NCBI GenBank assembly: GCA_965222155.1
Contig: CBDCTH010000012.1
Span: 3,072,001 to 3,136,000 of the forward strand
DNA length: 64,000 nt
DNA from: Gammaproteobacteria bacterium
GTDB lineage: Bacteria > Pseudomonadota > Gammaproteobacteria > Eutrophobiales > Eutrophobiaceae
Direction: 5' to 3'
Below, in pieces: positions 30,791-42,407 of the stretch (within the stretch, counting starts at the first letter, position 1; each line of letters starts with the position of its first letter). Below the pieces are notes generated by a model, which saw only the letters and a program-made list of their open reading frames with translations, was not told where the DNA came from and did not search any database. A program made the translations under genes and the position numbers.

Positions 30791-31543
30791 GTGCCGGCCA
30801 GAATCCCCTGCCTGCCATTCCCGCGCAAGTTTACCCCTGTATGCTTTGAACAGGGACGGGAATCCATGATGTGTCAAAGTCGCGCCGGGGACAGATTTCA
30901 AATCTGTCCCCTACTCTGTTTTCGGATTCCCGCGTGCGCGGGAATGGCACTGTACCGCAGTCTCCCGGCATTTGTGTTGCTGGCTTTCACGCTGTCGGGT
31001 TGTGTCCAGGCGCCGGTTGAAAACAGGGTTAAACCCTCATGGGAAACCCGCAGGGATGAATTAATGCGGCTGGAAACCTGGGATCTCAAAGGCAGGATAG
31101 CCGTGCGCACATATAATGATTCCGGATCAGGTTCCCTGTATTGGGAACAGCGCAAGGATGACTATGACATCCGGGTGATAGCTTCATTCTCCGGCGGCGT
31201 CTATGAACTGTCCGGCGCCGCCGGCATTGTCTCATTACGCACCCCGGACAAGAGTATGTTGCAGGCTGAGGATGCGGAAACCCTGCTGCGGCAGGCAGCG
31301 GGTTGGTATTTCCCGGTATCAGACCTGGTCTACTGGATAAGAGGGCTCCCGGCGCCGGCCTTGCAGGTTGACCGGATGCTGCTGGACGCTGAAAACAGGC
31401 TGAGCGCCCTGAGCCAGGGCGGCTGGTCGATACGTTACAAAAACTACACCGGGATTGACGGAACCAGTATGCCGGCGCGGCTTGACCTGGAAAACGATCA
31501 GGTGCGCGTGCGCCTGTCCATCAGGGAATGGAGCCTGCCCTGA
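30791..31543 (+). CDS. lolB: Outer-membrane lipoprotein insertase LolB (138-bp in-frame repeat insertion in the signal peptide; alternative ATG 30944)
   Basis: LSGC lipobox, W.LKGRIAV, YWIRGLP, QGGWSIRY; synteny with ispE. Confidence 0.88.
   Translation: MPARIPCLPFPRKFTPVCFEQGRESMMCQSRAGDRFQICPLLCFRIPACAGMALYRSLPAFVLLAFTLSGCVQAPVENRVKPSWETRRDELMRLETWDLKGRIAVRTYNDSGSGSLYWEQRKDDYDIRVIASFSGGVYELSGAAGIVSLRTPDKSMLQAEDAETLLRQAAGWYFPVSDLVYWIRGLPAPALQVDRMLLDAENRLSALSQGGWSIRYKNYTGIDGTSMPARLDLENDQVRVRLSIREWSLP
30813..30949. repeat. ATTCCC/GGGAAT-type palindromic element with nested family D palindrome
   Basis: 15-bp IR TGCCATTCCCGCGCA...TGCGCGGGAATGGCA; GGGGACAGATTTCAAATCTGTCCCC at 30887-30911. Confidence 0.8.
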
Positions 31544-31580
31544 TGGCGTCATCCGACCGCACACGGGTATACTCACCCGA

Positions 31581-32447
31581 ATGACATCACAACCCTGGCC
31601 GGCCCCGGCGAAAATAAACCATTTTTTACACGTCATCGGTCGCCGGGACGACGGTTACCACCTGTTACAGACCCTGTTCCAGTTTCTGGACCTGGCCGAT
31701 GAGTTGCGGATTACCGTGAGCGCGGATGGCCGGATCAGGTGCCTGCGCAATTACCACCAGGTGGACGAGCAGGATGACCTGGTGGTCAAAGCGGCGAAAT
31801 TGCTACAGGAGATCGGCGGCAGCGCCAGGGGTGCGCAAATCCACGTGGATAAAAGAATCCCCATCGGCGGGGGACTGGGAGGCGGCAGTTCCGATGCCGC
31901 GACGACGCTGGTGGCCCTGAATTGCCTGTGGGAAACCGGCCTGACCATGGAACAACTCGCCGAAGCAGGATCGAGCCTCGGGGCTGACGTGCCGGTATTT
32001 GTACACGGCTTCGCTGCCTGGGGAGAGGGCGTGGGAGAGATACTGGAACCCGTAGAACTGCCGGAAAACTGGTATTTCCTGATCTATCCCGATACCCCGG
32101 TTGTTACCGCGGACATATTCAGTGCGCCGGGGTTGATGCGCGCAACGCCCAGGGTCACGTTGCGCGACTTCCATCAGGGAAGCTGTCACAATGACTGCGA
32201 ACCGGTAGTACGCCAGACCTGCCCCGAAGTGGCCGCCGCGCTGGACTGGCTCAACGCCCGCGCCGAAGCCCGGCTATCCGGCACGGGCGCAAGCATCTTT
32301 GCCGCGTTTCCGGAAAAGGAAGAAGCCGTAACACTCCTTGAACAACTACCGGCCAGATGGCAGGGGTTTGTCGCCATGGGGTGCAATCGCTCCCCGCTAT
32401 CAGACAGGCTTGCCCGGGAGAACCAGGGCAGGATAAAAACCGGCTAG
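31581..32447 (+). CDS. ispE: 4-diphosphocytidyl-2-C-methyl-D-erythritol kinase
   Basis: WPAPAKIN.FL, RIPIGGGLGGGSSDAA, LSGTGA. Confidence 0.96.
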   Translation: MTSQPWPAPAKINHFLHVIGRRDDGYHLLQTLFQFLDLADELRITVSADGRIRCLRNYHQVDEQDDLVVKAAKLLQEIGGSARGAQIHVDKRIPIGGGLGGGSSDAATTLVALNCLWETGLTMEQLAEAGSSLGADVPVFVHGFAAWGEGVGEILEPVELPENWYFLIYPDTPVVTADIFSAPGLMRATPRVTLRDFHQGSCHNDCEPVVRQTCPEVAAALDWLNARAEARLSGTGASIFAAFPEKEEAVTLLEQLPARWQGFVAMGCNRSPLSDRLARENQGRIKTG

Positions 32448-32499
32448 CGCCCGCCGTTCATGGTAGTTCACCAAGTCCCGTGCCCGGCACAGCAATGAC

Positions 32500-32943
32500 A
32501 CTGCCCTGGTGGAATGCAAGAACGGCCATGTCGTGCGTAAGCTCCTGGGCCATGCCCATATCCCGCAGCGCTGGGCCAGTCTGCTCAATGACTTTCACCG
32601 CCGGCACCTCAATCCGTACGTCAACGACCACCGGCCCTGCCTGTTCCCGGTCACGGTCACCGACCCGACCGGGAAACAACGAAAACGCTATCCCTACGCG
32701 TCCCTGATGACACCGTATGAGACACTCAAATCCCTCACCGATACAAAGACGCACTTGAAACCGGGCGTACGCTTTGACAGACTGGACACCATCGCTTACC
32801 GGCTCCGCGACAACGCGGCCGCCGAGGCCTTGCAACAGTCGCGCCGGCAACGCTTTACCAGCATGTATGAACAGGCGCAGAAACGGGTTTGAGATGAGTC
32901 AGAATCACTCTCCCTTCAGGCTCAGTCCGAATTGGAAAACACT
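32500..32943 (+). mobile_element. 3' remnant of an integrase-domain (rve) transposase with right end
   Basis: VECKNGHVVRK..G..HIP, LNPYVN.HRPC, MTPYE.LK; no N-terminus. Confidence 0.7.
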
Positions 32944-32960
32944 GGAAATGCAAGCCGAAA

Positions 32961-33060
32961 CAGCCGTTCCCGCTAACGCCCTCCCTGCCAGAGGAATATG
33001 CCTCCTTATGGTCAGAGTATGCCCGGGACTCCTGGGGGACAGATTTAAATCTGTCCCCCC
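32961..33060. repeat. Left inverted repeat of the RTX cassette
   Basis: 21-bp (32961-32981) and 34-bp (33027-33060) perfect reverse-complement matches to 42334-42354 and 42254-42287. Confidence 0.9.
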
Positions 33061-33267
33061 CAAAAGCTAACATGATAAAGCTTGTCCCGTACACCGATAC
33101 GGGACCGGACAGATTATGTGTTACAGATGCGGACAGTTTATGTGTTGACAACAAACCAGGACAGTACAGTTGTGATGACGCCCGGAACAGATTATCATTC
33201 CGTATCAACACAAGCACAACAGGGGGCGAACCCCGCTACCGTTGAGTATTGAACCGGGAGGCAATCT

Positions 33268-36200
33268 ATGAAGAGGATCAGTGACGCCGCTCAGACAGAT
33301 CCCGAACACGGGGCATCCTGTTGTTGTGCCGGCTGTTTGGCAATAAATCTGGAAGAGCGAGGAGCCCAATCTCCAGACTCTCAAAGCGCCCGAGGTGCTC
33401 CAGCCCCTCAAAACGCCCCGGCCGCTGCGGAGCAGCTGCCCCAATGGGGCGTGCTCGCCTCGGACGCCTATGACGAGATCGCCGACTTCATGGGTAAGTC
33501 CGCTCGCTTTCCGATTGAGCCCGGCGGTGAGATCACGGTGAACCTCACCGATCTGACCGCTGGGCCCTGGCGGCCTGGGAGGCGGTGGCGAACCTGACCT
33601 TTCGGGAAGTGGAAGACCACGCCAATATCAACTTCAAAGATGGAGAAAGTGGTCACCCCACGATAACTAACCTCAAAAGAGAGAACGGGTTCGTCTCGCT
33701 CGACCTGCACTTTCCGATTGGATTCGTCAATAAGTCTGGCGACAGGCCCGGCGACTGGACGTTCATTGCTCACCTCCACGAGCTCGGCCATGCGTTGGGC
33801 TTGCCCCATGCCGGCCCCTACAATGGCTATCCTATTCCTACGTACGGGCTCGATAACCGGTTTGCGGCAGACTCCTACCAGACGTCGGTCATGTCGTACT
33901 TCACTCAGACCAGAAACACCGGCATCGATGCGAGCAAGGCCTATCCGGTCACGCCGATGATGGCGGACATCCTGGCGATTCAGAAGCTGTATGGCGTCCC
34001 CGAGACCAACCCCGGGGATACCGTGTATGGCTACCAGTCCAACGTCGACGGCTACCTGGGGGAAGTCTTCGCGGCAATCACCGAGCAGGACGGTGAGCTT
34101 GATGGGCCGGTGGCACTGACGCTGTTCGACAGCGGCGGGGAGGACCGGCTGGACCTGCGCACGGATGAGACGGACCAGCGGGTGGACCTGCGCCCGGAAG
34201 GCGTCTCGGACGTGTACGGGCTGACGGGCAACTGGCTGATAGCGCGGGGCACGGTGATTGAGAACCTGGTGGCCGGTCAGGGCGATGACCAGGTGATTGC
34301 GAATGCGGCGGTGAACGAGTTGGACGGTGGCCCGGGCAGTGACACGGTATCCTATGTGGGCTCGGATGCCGGGGTACGGGTGGACCTGGATGCGGGGACG
34401 GGTGTGGGCGGTCATGCTCAGGGCGACGCGCTCAGCAACTTTGAGCACGTGGTGGGCTCGGCACACGCTGACGAGTTGCGCGGCGATGAGCTGGCTAACC
34501 GGCTGGCGGGGGGCGCCGGCGACGATACGTTGTACGGCAACGCGGGTGCTGACACGCTGGACGGGGGCGCGGGTAACGACCAGCTGTACGGTCACGAGGG
34601 CGACGACCATCTGCGCGGCGATGGTGGCGCTGACGTACTCGAAGGAGGCGCCGGGGCGGACACGCTGGAGGGCGGCAGTGGGGAGAACAGCGCAGCCTAC
34701 CGGGGCTCGGACGTCGGGGTGGAGGTAAACCTGGACAGCGGAGTGGTGTCAGGCGGTCATGCTGCGGGCGACAGGCTCATCAGCATCCAGCACCTTATCG
34801 GCTCGGCCTATGCCGACACGCTGACGGGGGATGCGGACGCCAACCGGCTGGCGGGCGGGGCCGGGGATGACCGGCTGTACGGTAGCGCAGGGGACGATGT
34901 GCTGGTGGGCGGGGCCGGCGCCGACACGCTGGGCGGCGGCGCCGGGGCGGACTATCTGGATGGTGGTGGCGGCCCTGACCGGCTGGCCGGCGGCGCGGGG
35001 GATGACACACTGGAAGGGGGCCTGGGCAAGGACACACTGGATGGCGGCGCGGGATATGATACTGCAACCTACGCAGGCTCTGCGGCGGGGGTACGGATTG
35101 ACCTGAAGGCAGGCACGTTCCAGGGGGGTGATGCCGCCGGGGATGCGCTCACTGATATTGAGCGGATTGTCGGCTCGGCACAGGGCGATGTGCTGTGGGG
35201 AAGTGACGGGACAGACCACCTGGTCGGGGGCGCTGGGGACGATGAGTTAGACGGTCGTCCGGGTGATGACACGCTGGCCGGCGGGGCCGGGGCGGACACA
35301 TTGGACGGCGGCGCCGGGGACGACACGCTGCGCGGCGGTGACGGGGACGATGTACTGGCCGGGGGCGCCGGCGATGATAAGGTGTACGGTGAAGACGGCG
35401 ATGACCTGGTCAAAGGCGGTCCGGGGGCGGACACGCTGGCCGGGGCGGGTGGGGACGACACCTTGTCCTATGGGGACTCTGATGAGGGTGTGAAAGTGGA
35501 TTTGTATTCTCATACGGCGTCAGGCGGTCATGCCGAGGGCGACGGAATTCGCGGCTTTCAGCATCTGGTGGGTTCGGCGCAGGCTGACGAGCTGCGGGGC
35601 GACTCTGGCGCCAACGAGTTGTGGGGGGGCGCCGGGGACGATGAGTTGCGCGGCGAAGCTGGCGACGACACCCTCGACGGTGGCGAGGGTAAAGACCAGC
35701 TGTACGGTAACGACGGTAATGACCGACTGGACGGAGGCTTGAACAACGACCGGCTGTGGGGCGGCGATGGCAACGATCGGCTGGACGGAGGCTTGAACAA
35801 CGACAAGCTGTGGGGCGACGGCGGCAACGATCGGCTGGACGGGGGAGCAGGCTATGATCGACTGAAAGGAGGCCGCGGTGATGACACGCTCCATGGGGGC
35901 GCCGGTAACGATCAGCTCTACGGGGGCACCGGAGCGGACACCGCGTCCTACACCGACTCGGACGCCGGCGTGCATGTGGACTTACACGCCGGGCGCGCCA
36001 CGGGCGGTCATGCCCAGGGCGATAAACTGACGGACATTGAGAATCTGCGCGGTTCCGCGCATGACGATGGGCTGCGCGGGGACGGCGGCGCCAACCGGTT
36101 GTGGGGCGGTGCCGGGGATGACAAGCTGGTGGGGTGGTACAGACACCCTGGAGGGAGGAGCCGGGGCGGACACCTTCGGATACGTCATGGGGGCGGACTC

Positions 36201-39200
36201 GAGCGTGGCCAACCCGGACCGGATTGTAGACTTCTCAGGGAGTGGCGGGGACGGCGACATGTTGAGCATACCTGGCAAGCGCTTTATCGGTAGCGCGGCT
36301 TTTACGGGGACGGCGGGCGAGGTGCGCTATGCGCAGCGCGGGGCGGACACGGGCGGCGATACCAGCGATGATTACACGGACGTGCTGGCTGACCTGGACG
36401 GCGACGGCGTGGCGAACTTCAAGCTCACCCTGGTCGGGCTGCATCGGTTGGTGGCAGCGGATTTCACACTGTTTACTGAGTACAGGATGAGCCGCGAGGG
36501 CACGGCAGGCGCTGATACGCTGGTGGGCGATGCCGAGGCCAACGTCCTGCGCGGCCTGGCCGGCAACGACGTCCTGGATGGCCAAGCCGGGGCGGACACC
36601 CTGGACGGGGGGAGCGGAGCGGACACGGCGGCCTATACCGACTCGAACGCCCGGGTGAAGGTGGACTTGGACGCCGGGACTGCCAGTGGCGGTCATGCGC
36701 AGGGCGATATCCTGGCGAGCATTGAGAACCTGCGCGGCTCGGCGCACGCGGATGTGCTGCGCGGGGACGACGGCGCCAACCGCCTGTGGGGCGGCGCCGG
36801 GGATGACAGGCTGGTGGGGCTGGGTGGTCATGACCGCTTGTATGGCGAGGCGGGCGCTGACCGTCTGTTTGGCAGCGGCGGGGACGACGTGCTGGACGGG
36901 GGTGCCGGGGATGACACCTTGAATGGGGGCAAGGGTGCCGACACCCTGGACGGTGGTGCCGGCCAGGACATCTTCCAATACAAGAAGGCGGACTCGACTG
37001 GGGCCAACCCGGACCGCATCCTGGACTTCTCAGGCAGTGGCGGGGATGGCGACCAACTGGACCTGTCCGGCCTGGGCAACAACCTGCGTTTCATTGGGAC
37101 AAAGGCCTTCTCCAGTAGTGCGGGCGAGGTGCGCTATGTGCAGCGCGGGACGGACACGGGCAACACCGGCGATGATTACACCGACGTGCTGGTTGATGTG
37201 AACGGGGACGGCACGGCGAACGTCAAGGTGACCCTGGTCGGGCTGCACAGCCTGACGCGGGCGGACCTGATGGGCATGGCGGGCATCACCGTTGGCGGCA
37301 CGCCCGGGAACGATAACCTGACCGGGACGACTGGAGACGATACCCTACGGGGTCTGGCCGGGGATGACGTACTGGACGGCAGGGCCGGGGCCGACACCCT
37401 GGACGGGGGGAGCGGGGAGGACACGGCGTCGTATGCCGACTCGAACGCTCGGGTGCAGGTGAACTTGCGCGTCTGGATTGCCAGTGGCGGTCATGCCCAG
37501 GGCGACACCCTGACGGGTATTGAGAATCTGCGGGGTTCGGCGCATGACGATGGGCTGCGCGGGGACGACGGCGCCAACCGACTGTGGGGTGGCGCCGGGG
37601 ATGACACCCTGAGCGGGGGCGGAGGCGCTGATACCCTGGCCGGTGGCGCCGGCCAGGACACCTTTCAATACAGTGCCGCGGCGGACTCGACTGGGGCCAA
37701 CCCGGACCGCATCCTGGACTTCTCAGGCAGTGGCGGGGATGGCGACCAACTGGACCTGTCCGGCCTGGGCAACAACCTGCGTTTCATTGGGACAAAGGCC
37801 TTCTCCAGTAGTGCGGGCGAGGTGCGCTATGTGCAGCGCGGGACGGACACGGGCAACACCGGCGATGATTACACCGACGTGCTGGTTGATGTGAACGGGG
37901 ACGGCACGGCGAACGTCAAGGTGACCCTGGCCGGGCTGCATAACCTGACGCCAGCGGACCTGCCGGGCGTACAGGCGGCAGATATTGTCGGCACGCCGGG
38001 CGCTGATACGTTGGTGGGCGATGACCAGGACAACGTTCTGCGCGGCCTGGCCGGGGACGACGTACTGGCCGGCCAGGCCGGGGCCGACACCCTGGACGGG
38101 GGCAGCGGGGCGGACACGGCGTCGTATGCCGACTCGGACGCCGCGGTACAGGTGGACTTAGACGCCGGGACGGCCAGTGGCGGTCATGCCCAGGGCGACA
38201 CCCTGACGGGCATTGAGCACCTGCGCGGCTCGGCGCATGGCGATGAGTTACGCGGGGATGACGACGCCAACCGCCTGTGGGGCGGCGCCGGGGCGGACAA
38301 GCTGGTGGGGCTGTCAGGTCATGACCGCTTGTATGGCGAGGCGGGCGCGGACAGCCTGTACGGCAGCTGGGGAGACGACATACTGGAGGGCGGCGCCGGC
38401 GCAGACGTGCTGGACGGTGAAGGCGGTACCGACACGCTGTCCTATGCCGGCTCGGCGTCAGGGGTAACGGTCAACCTGGCCAGCGGTACGGTATCGGGCG
38501 GGGATGCCCAGGGTGACACGATTGCCAGTGTTGAGAACGTGGTCGGCTCGGCGCAGGACGATGTGCTGGTCGGGAACGGCAGCGCCAACCGGCTGGACGG
38601 CGGGGCCGGGGCGGATACCTTACGCGGGGCCGGGGGCGCCGACACCCTGGCCGGGGGCGCCGGGGCCGACACCTTCCACTACAGCGCCGCGGCGGACTCG
38701 ACTGGGGCCAACCCGGACCGCATCCTGGACTTCTCAGGCAACGGCGGCGACGGCGACCGGCTGGACTTATCCGGCCTGGGCAATGACCTGACCTTCATTG
38801 GGACAACGGCCTTTTCCAACAGTGCGGGCGAGGTGCGCTCTGTGCAGCGCGGCGCGGCCACAAGCAGCGACACCAGCGATGATTATACCGACGTACTGGT
38901 TGATGTGGACGGCGCCGGCGCGGCGAACGTCAAGATCACCCTGGTCGGGCTGCACAGCCTGACGCTGGCCGATCTGGTGGGTGTGCAGGCAGCAGATATT
39001 GTTGGCACGGCAGACGCTGATACGTTGGTGGGCGATGCCCAGGCCAACGTCCTGCGCGGGCTGGCCGGCAACGACGTACTGGACGGCAAGGCCGGCGCGG
39101 ACACCCTGGAGGGAGGTACCGGGGCCGACACCTTCCAATACAAGGCGGCGGCGGACTCGACCGTGGCCAACCCGGATCGGATTGTAGACTTCTCAGGCAG

Positions 39201-41916
39201 TAGCGGGGACGGTGACCACCTGGACTTATCCGGCCTGGGCAACGACCTGATCTTCATTGGGACAACGGCCTTCTCCAACAGTGCGGGCGAGGTGCGCTCT
39301 GTGCAGCGCGGCGCGGCCACGAGCAACACCGGCGATGATTACACCGACGTACTGGTGGACCTGGACGGCAACGGTACAGCGAACGTCAAAGTGACCCTGG
39401 TCGGATTGCACAGCCTGACACTGGATGACCTGGTGGGCGTCCAGGCGCCGCCGGCCCCGGTGGTCACGCCCCGGGACCTCGACGGCACACCGGGGGATGA
39501 TACGTTGGTGGGCGATGACCAGGACAACGTCCTGCGCGGCCTGGCCGGCAACGACGTCCTGGCCGGCCAGGCCGGGGCCGATACCCTGGACGGGGGTACT
39601 GGCCAGGACACGGCGGCCTACACCGACTCGGACGCCGCGGTGCAGGTGGACTTGCGCGCCGGGACTGCTACGGGCGGTCATGCCCAGGGTGACACCCTGA
39701 CGAGCATTGAGCACCTGCGCGGCTCGGCGCACGCGGATGTGCTGCGCGGGGACAACAGCGCCAACCGGCTGTGGGGCGGTGCCGGGGAGGACAAGCTGGT
39801 GGGGCTGGGTGGTAGTGACTGGCTGTATGGCGAGGCGGGCGCTGACCGCCTGTATGGCAGCTGGGGAGACGACGTACTGGAGGGTGGCGCCGGCGCAGAC
39901 GTGCTGGACGGTGAAGGCGGTACCGACACGCTGTCCTATGCCGGCTCGGCGTCAGGGGTGGCGGTCAACCTGGCTGCCGGTACGGTATCGGGGGGGGATG
40001 CCCAGGGTGACACGATTGCCAACGTTGAGAATGTGCTCGGCTCGGCGCAGGCCGATGTGCTGGTCGGGGACGGCAGCGCCAACCGGCTGGACGGCGGGGG
40101 CGGGGCGGATACCTTACGCGGGGCTGGCGGCGCCGACACCCTGACCGGCGGGGCCGGGGCGGACACCGCGTCCTACACCGACTCCAATGCGGCGGTGCAG
40201 GTGGACCTGGGGAGCGGCACGGCGAGCGGCGGCCATGCCCAGGGTGACACGCTCACCGGCATCGAGCACCTCAGCGGATCGGCCCATAACGATACACTGC
40301 GCGGCGCGGCCAGCGCCAACACGCTACGCGGGCACGGCGGTGACGACGGGCTGGCGGGCCAGGCCGGCGCGGACACCCTGGAGGGGGGTCCCGGGGCGGA
40401 CACGCTGGACGGCGGCGCCGGGTCAGACACCCTGGCCGGGGGCAGCGGGGCGGACACCTTTGCCTACAGTGCCGCGGCGGACTCGACCGTAACCAACCCG
40501 GACCGCATCCTGGACTTCTCAGGGAGTGACGGGGACGGTGACCACCTGGACTTATCCGGCCTGGGCAACGACCTGACGTTTATTGGGACAACGGCCTTCT
40601 CCAACAGTGCGGGCGAGGTGCGCTCTGTGCAGCGCGGCGCGGGCACAGGCAACACCGGCGATGATTATACCGACGTACTGGTGGACCTGGACGGCAACGG
40701 TACAGCGAACGTCAAGCTCACCCTGGTCGGATTACACAGCCTGACACTGGATGACCTGCGGGGGGTGCGCGCCGCGCCCCCTGCACCGGCCGACCCCCCT
40801 GCGCCCCCGCCCGAGCCGAGTGGGCCGGCGCCTATTGTCGGGACAGCGGGTAACGATGCCTTGCACGGGGATGCCCAGGCCAACGTCCTGCGCGGCTTGG
40901 CCGGCAACGACGTCCTGGCCGGTCAGGGCGGCGCCGACACCCTGGACGGGGGCAGCGGGGAGGACACCGCGACCTACACCGACTCGGACGCCGCGGTGCG
41001 GGTGGACCTGGGGCGCGGCACGGCGAGCGGCGGCCATGCCGACGGGGACACGTTCATCAGCATCGAGCATGTCATCGGCTCGGCCCATGGCGATACGCTG
41101 CGCGGCGATGCCGGCGACAACACGCTGCGCGGGCGGGCCGGCGACGATACCCTGGCCGGCAACGGCGGGCGCGACGTGCTGGACGGCGGCGCCGGCAATG
41201 ACACGCTGGCCGGCGGCGCCGGGGCGGACCTCCTCTACGGCAGTGGCGGCGCGGACGTGCTGGATGGCGGGACCCATCACGACCTGGTGTCGTATGCGCA
41301 CTCACCCGCCGGAGTGCGGGTGGACGTGCAGCTCGGCACCGGCGCCGGCGGGGATGCCGAGGGCGACACGCTCATCAGCATCGAGAGCGTCATCGGCTCG
41401 GCGCACGACGACGAGCTCCGGGGCGACTACGGCAACAACCTGCTGTCCGGCCTGGCCGGTAACGACCGGTTGGTGGGGCAGGGCGGGCGCGACATGCTGT
41501 ATGGCGGGGGCGGTGATGACACGCTGGACGGCGGCGCCGGGGACGACAGGCTGAAGGGCGATGGCGGCAGCGACCGGCTCAGCGGCGGGTCGGGGGCGGA
41601 CATTTTCTGGTTTATCAGCGCGCCCGACTCGACCCCGGCGACCCCGGACCAGGTGCTGGATTTCTCAGGGAAGGGGGGTGACGGCGACCGGCTGGACCTG
41701 GCCCGCCTGGGCAACGACCTGGCCTTCATCGGCACGGCGGCCTTTACCGACACACCGGGGCAGGTGCGCTATAGCCAGCGCGGCGCCGGCACGGACGGCA
41801 ACACCGACGCTGACTACACCGACGTGTTGGCCGATCTGAACGGCGACGGCGCGGCCGACTTCATGGTGAGCCTGGTCGGGCTGCACAGCCTGACCGACAA
41901 CGACTTCATCGTGTGA
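33268..41916 (+). pseudogene. Giant serralysin-like M10B metalloprotease with RTX Ca-binding repeats, split by two frameshifts (ORFs 33268-33597, 33585-36293, 36037-41916)
   Basis: HELGHALGLPH and SVMSY Met-turn; dozens of GGxGxD nonamers; seven copies of a C-terminal-type module; frame breaks at ~33560 and ~36135. Confidence 0.85.
36988..37931 (+). repeat. Identical ~244-bp direct repeat within the RTX gene (36988-37231 / 37681-37924)
   Basis: Same GCGGACTCGACTGGGGCCAACCCG...AACGTCAAGGTGACCCTGG block occurs twice. Confidence 0.85.
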
Positions 41917-42253
41917 GCCGGGTCCGGCAGCCGTCAACGTGACCCGCGCTGCGGTCGTAGTCCGCGCGGCAGCCCAGTGAACAACGCCAGAGGCAGACAG
42001 CTGTTTATCATCCTGCAGACAGTCCCGATTTTCGATGCGCTTAAAAGGGTATTCACCGACGCCGGGGAATGCGCCGAATGGCGCCGGGTCTGGTTTGCCG
42101 CAGCATCAGTCCTGCTGTCAGCCTGGTCTGTGCAGCAGTTCCCGCTGATGTTATCAGCACGCAGGTGCGCCCGCTCACTCGAGGTCAATACAATGATGGT
42201 TGCCGGATTCGGGCAGACTCTGACCCTAACGGGGCCTGTTTCCCTGCAAGACA

Positions 42254-42354
42254 GGGGGGACAGATTTAAATCTGTCCCCCAGGAGTCACGGGGCCTGTTT
42301 CCCTGGGAGGGAGGGCAGGATGCCCTCGCTCCCGGGCGTTAGCGGGAACGGCTG
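42254..42354. repeat. Right inverted repeat of the RTX cassette
   Basis: Reverse complement of 32961-33060, with an extra 21-bp GGGCAGGATGCCCTCGCTCCC insert. Confidence 0.9.
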
Positions 42355-42407
42355 CTCAGCACGTCGCGCGCTTGCCTTCGGTCTGCTGTTTCACATACGA
42401 TAACAAG

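Noticed and set aside
36120-36150. Programmed ribosomal frameshift joining the RTX ORFs
   Set aside because: No slippery heptamer; the junction looks like a deletion between repeats or an assembly error.
33585-41916. CRISPR-like array, or the many overlapping alternative-frame ORFs
   Set aside because: The repeats are in-frame coding RTX units without unique spacers; the shadow ORFs arise from GC-rich repetitive codons.
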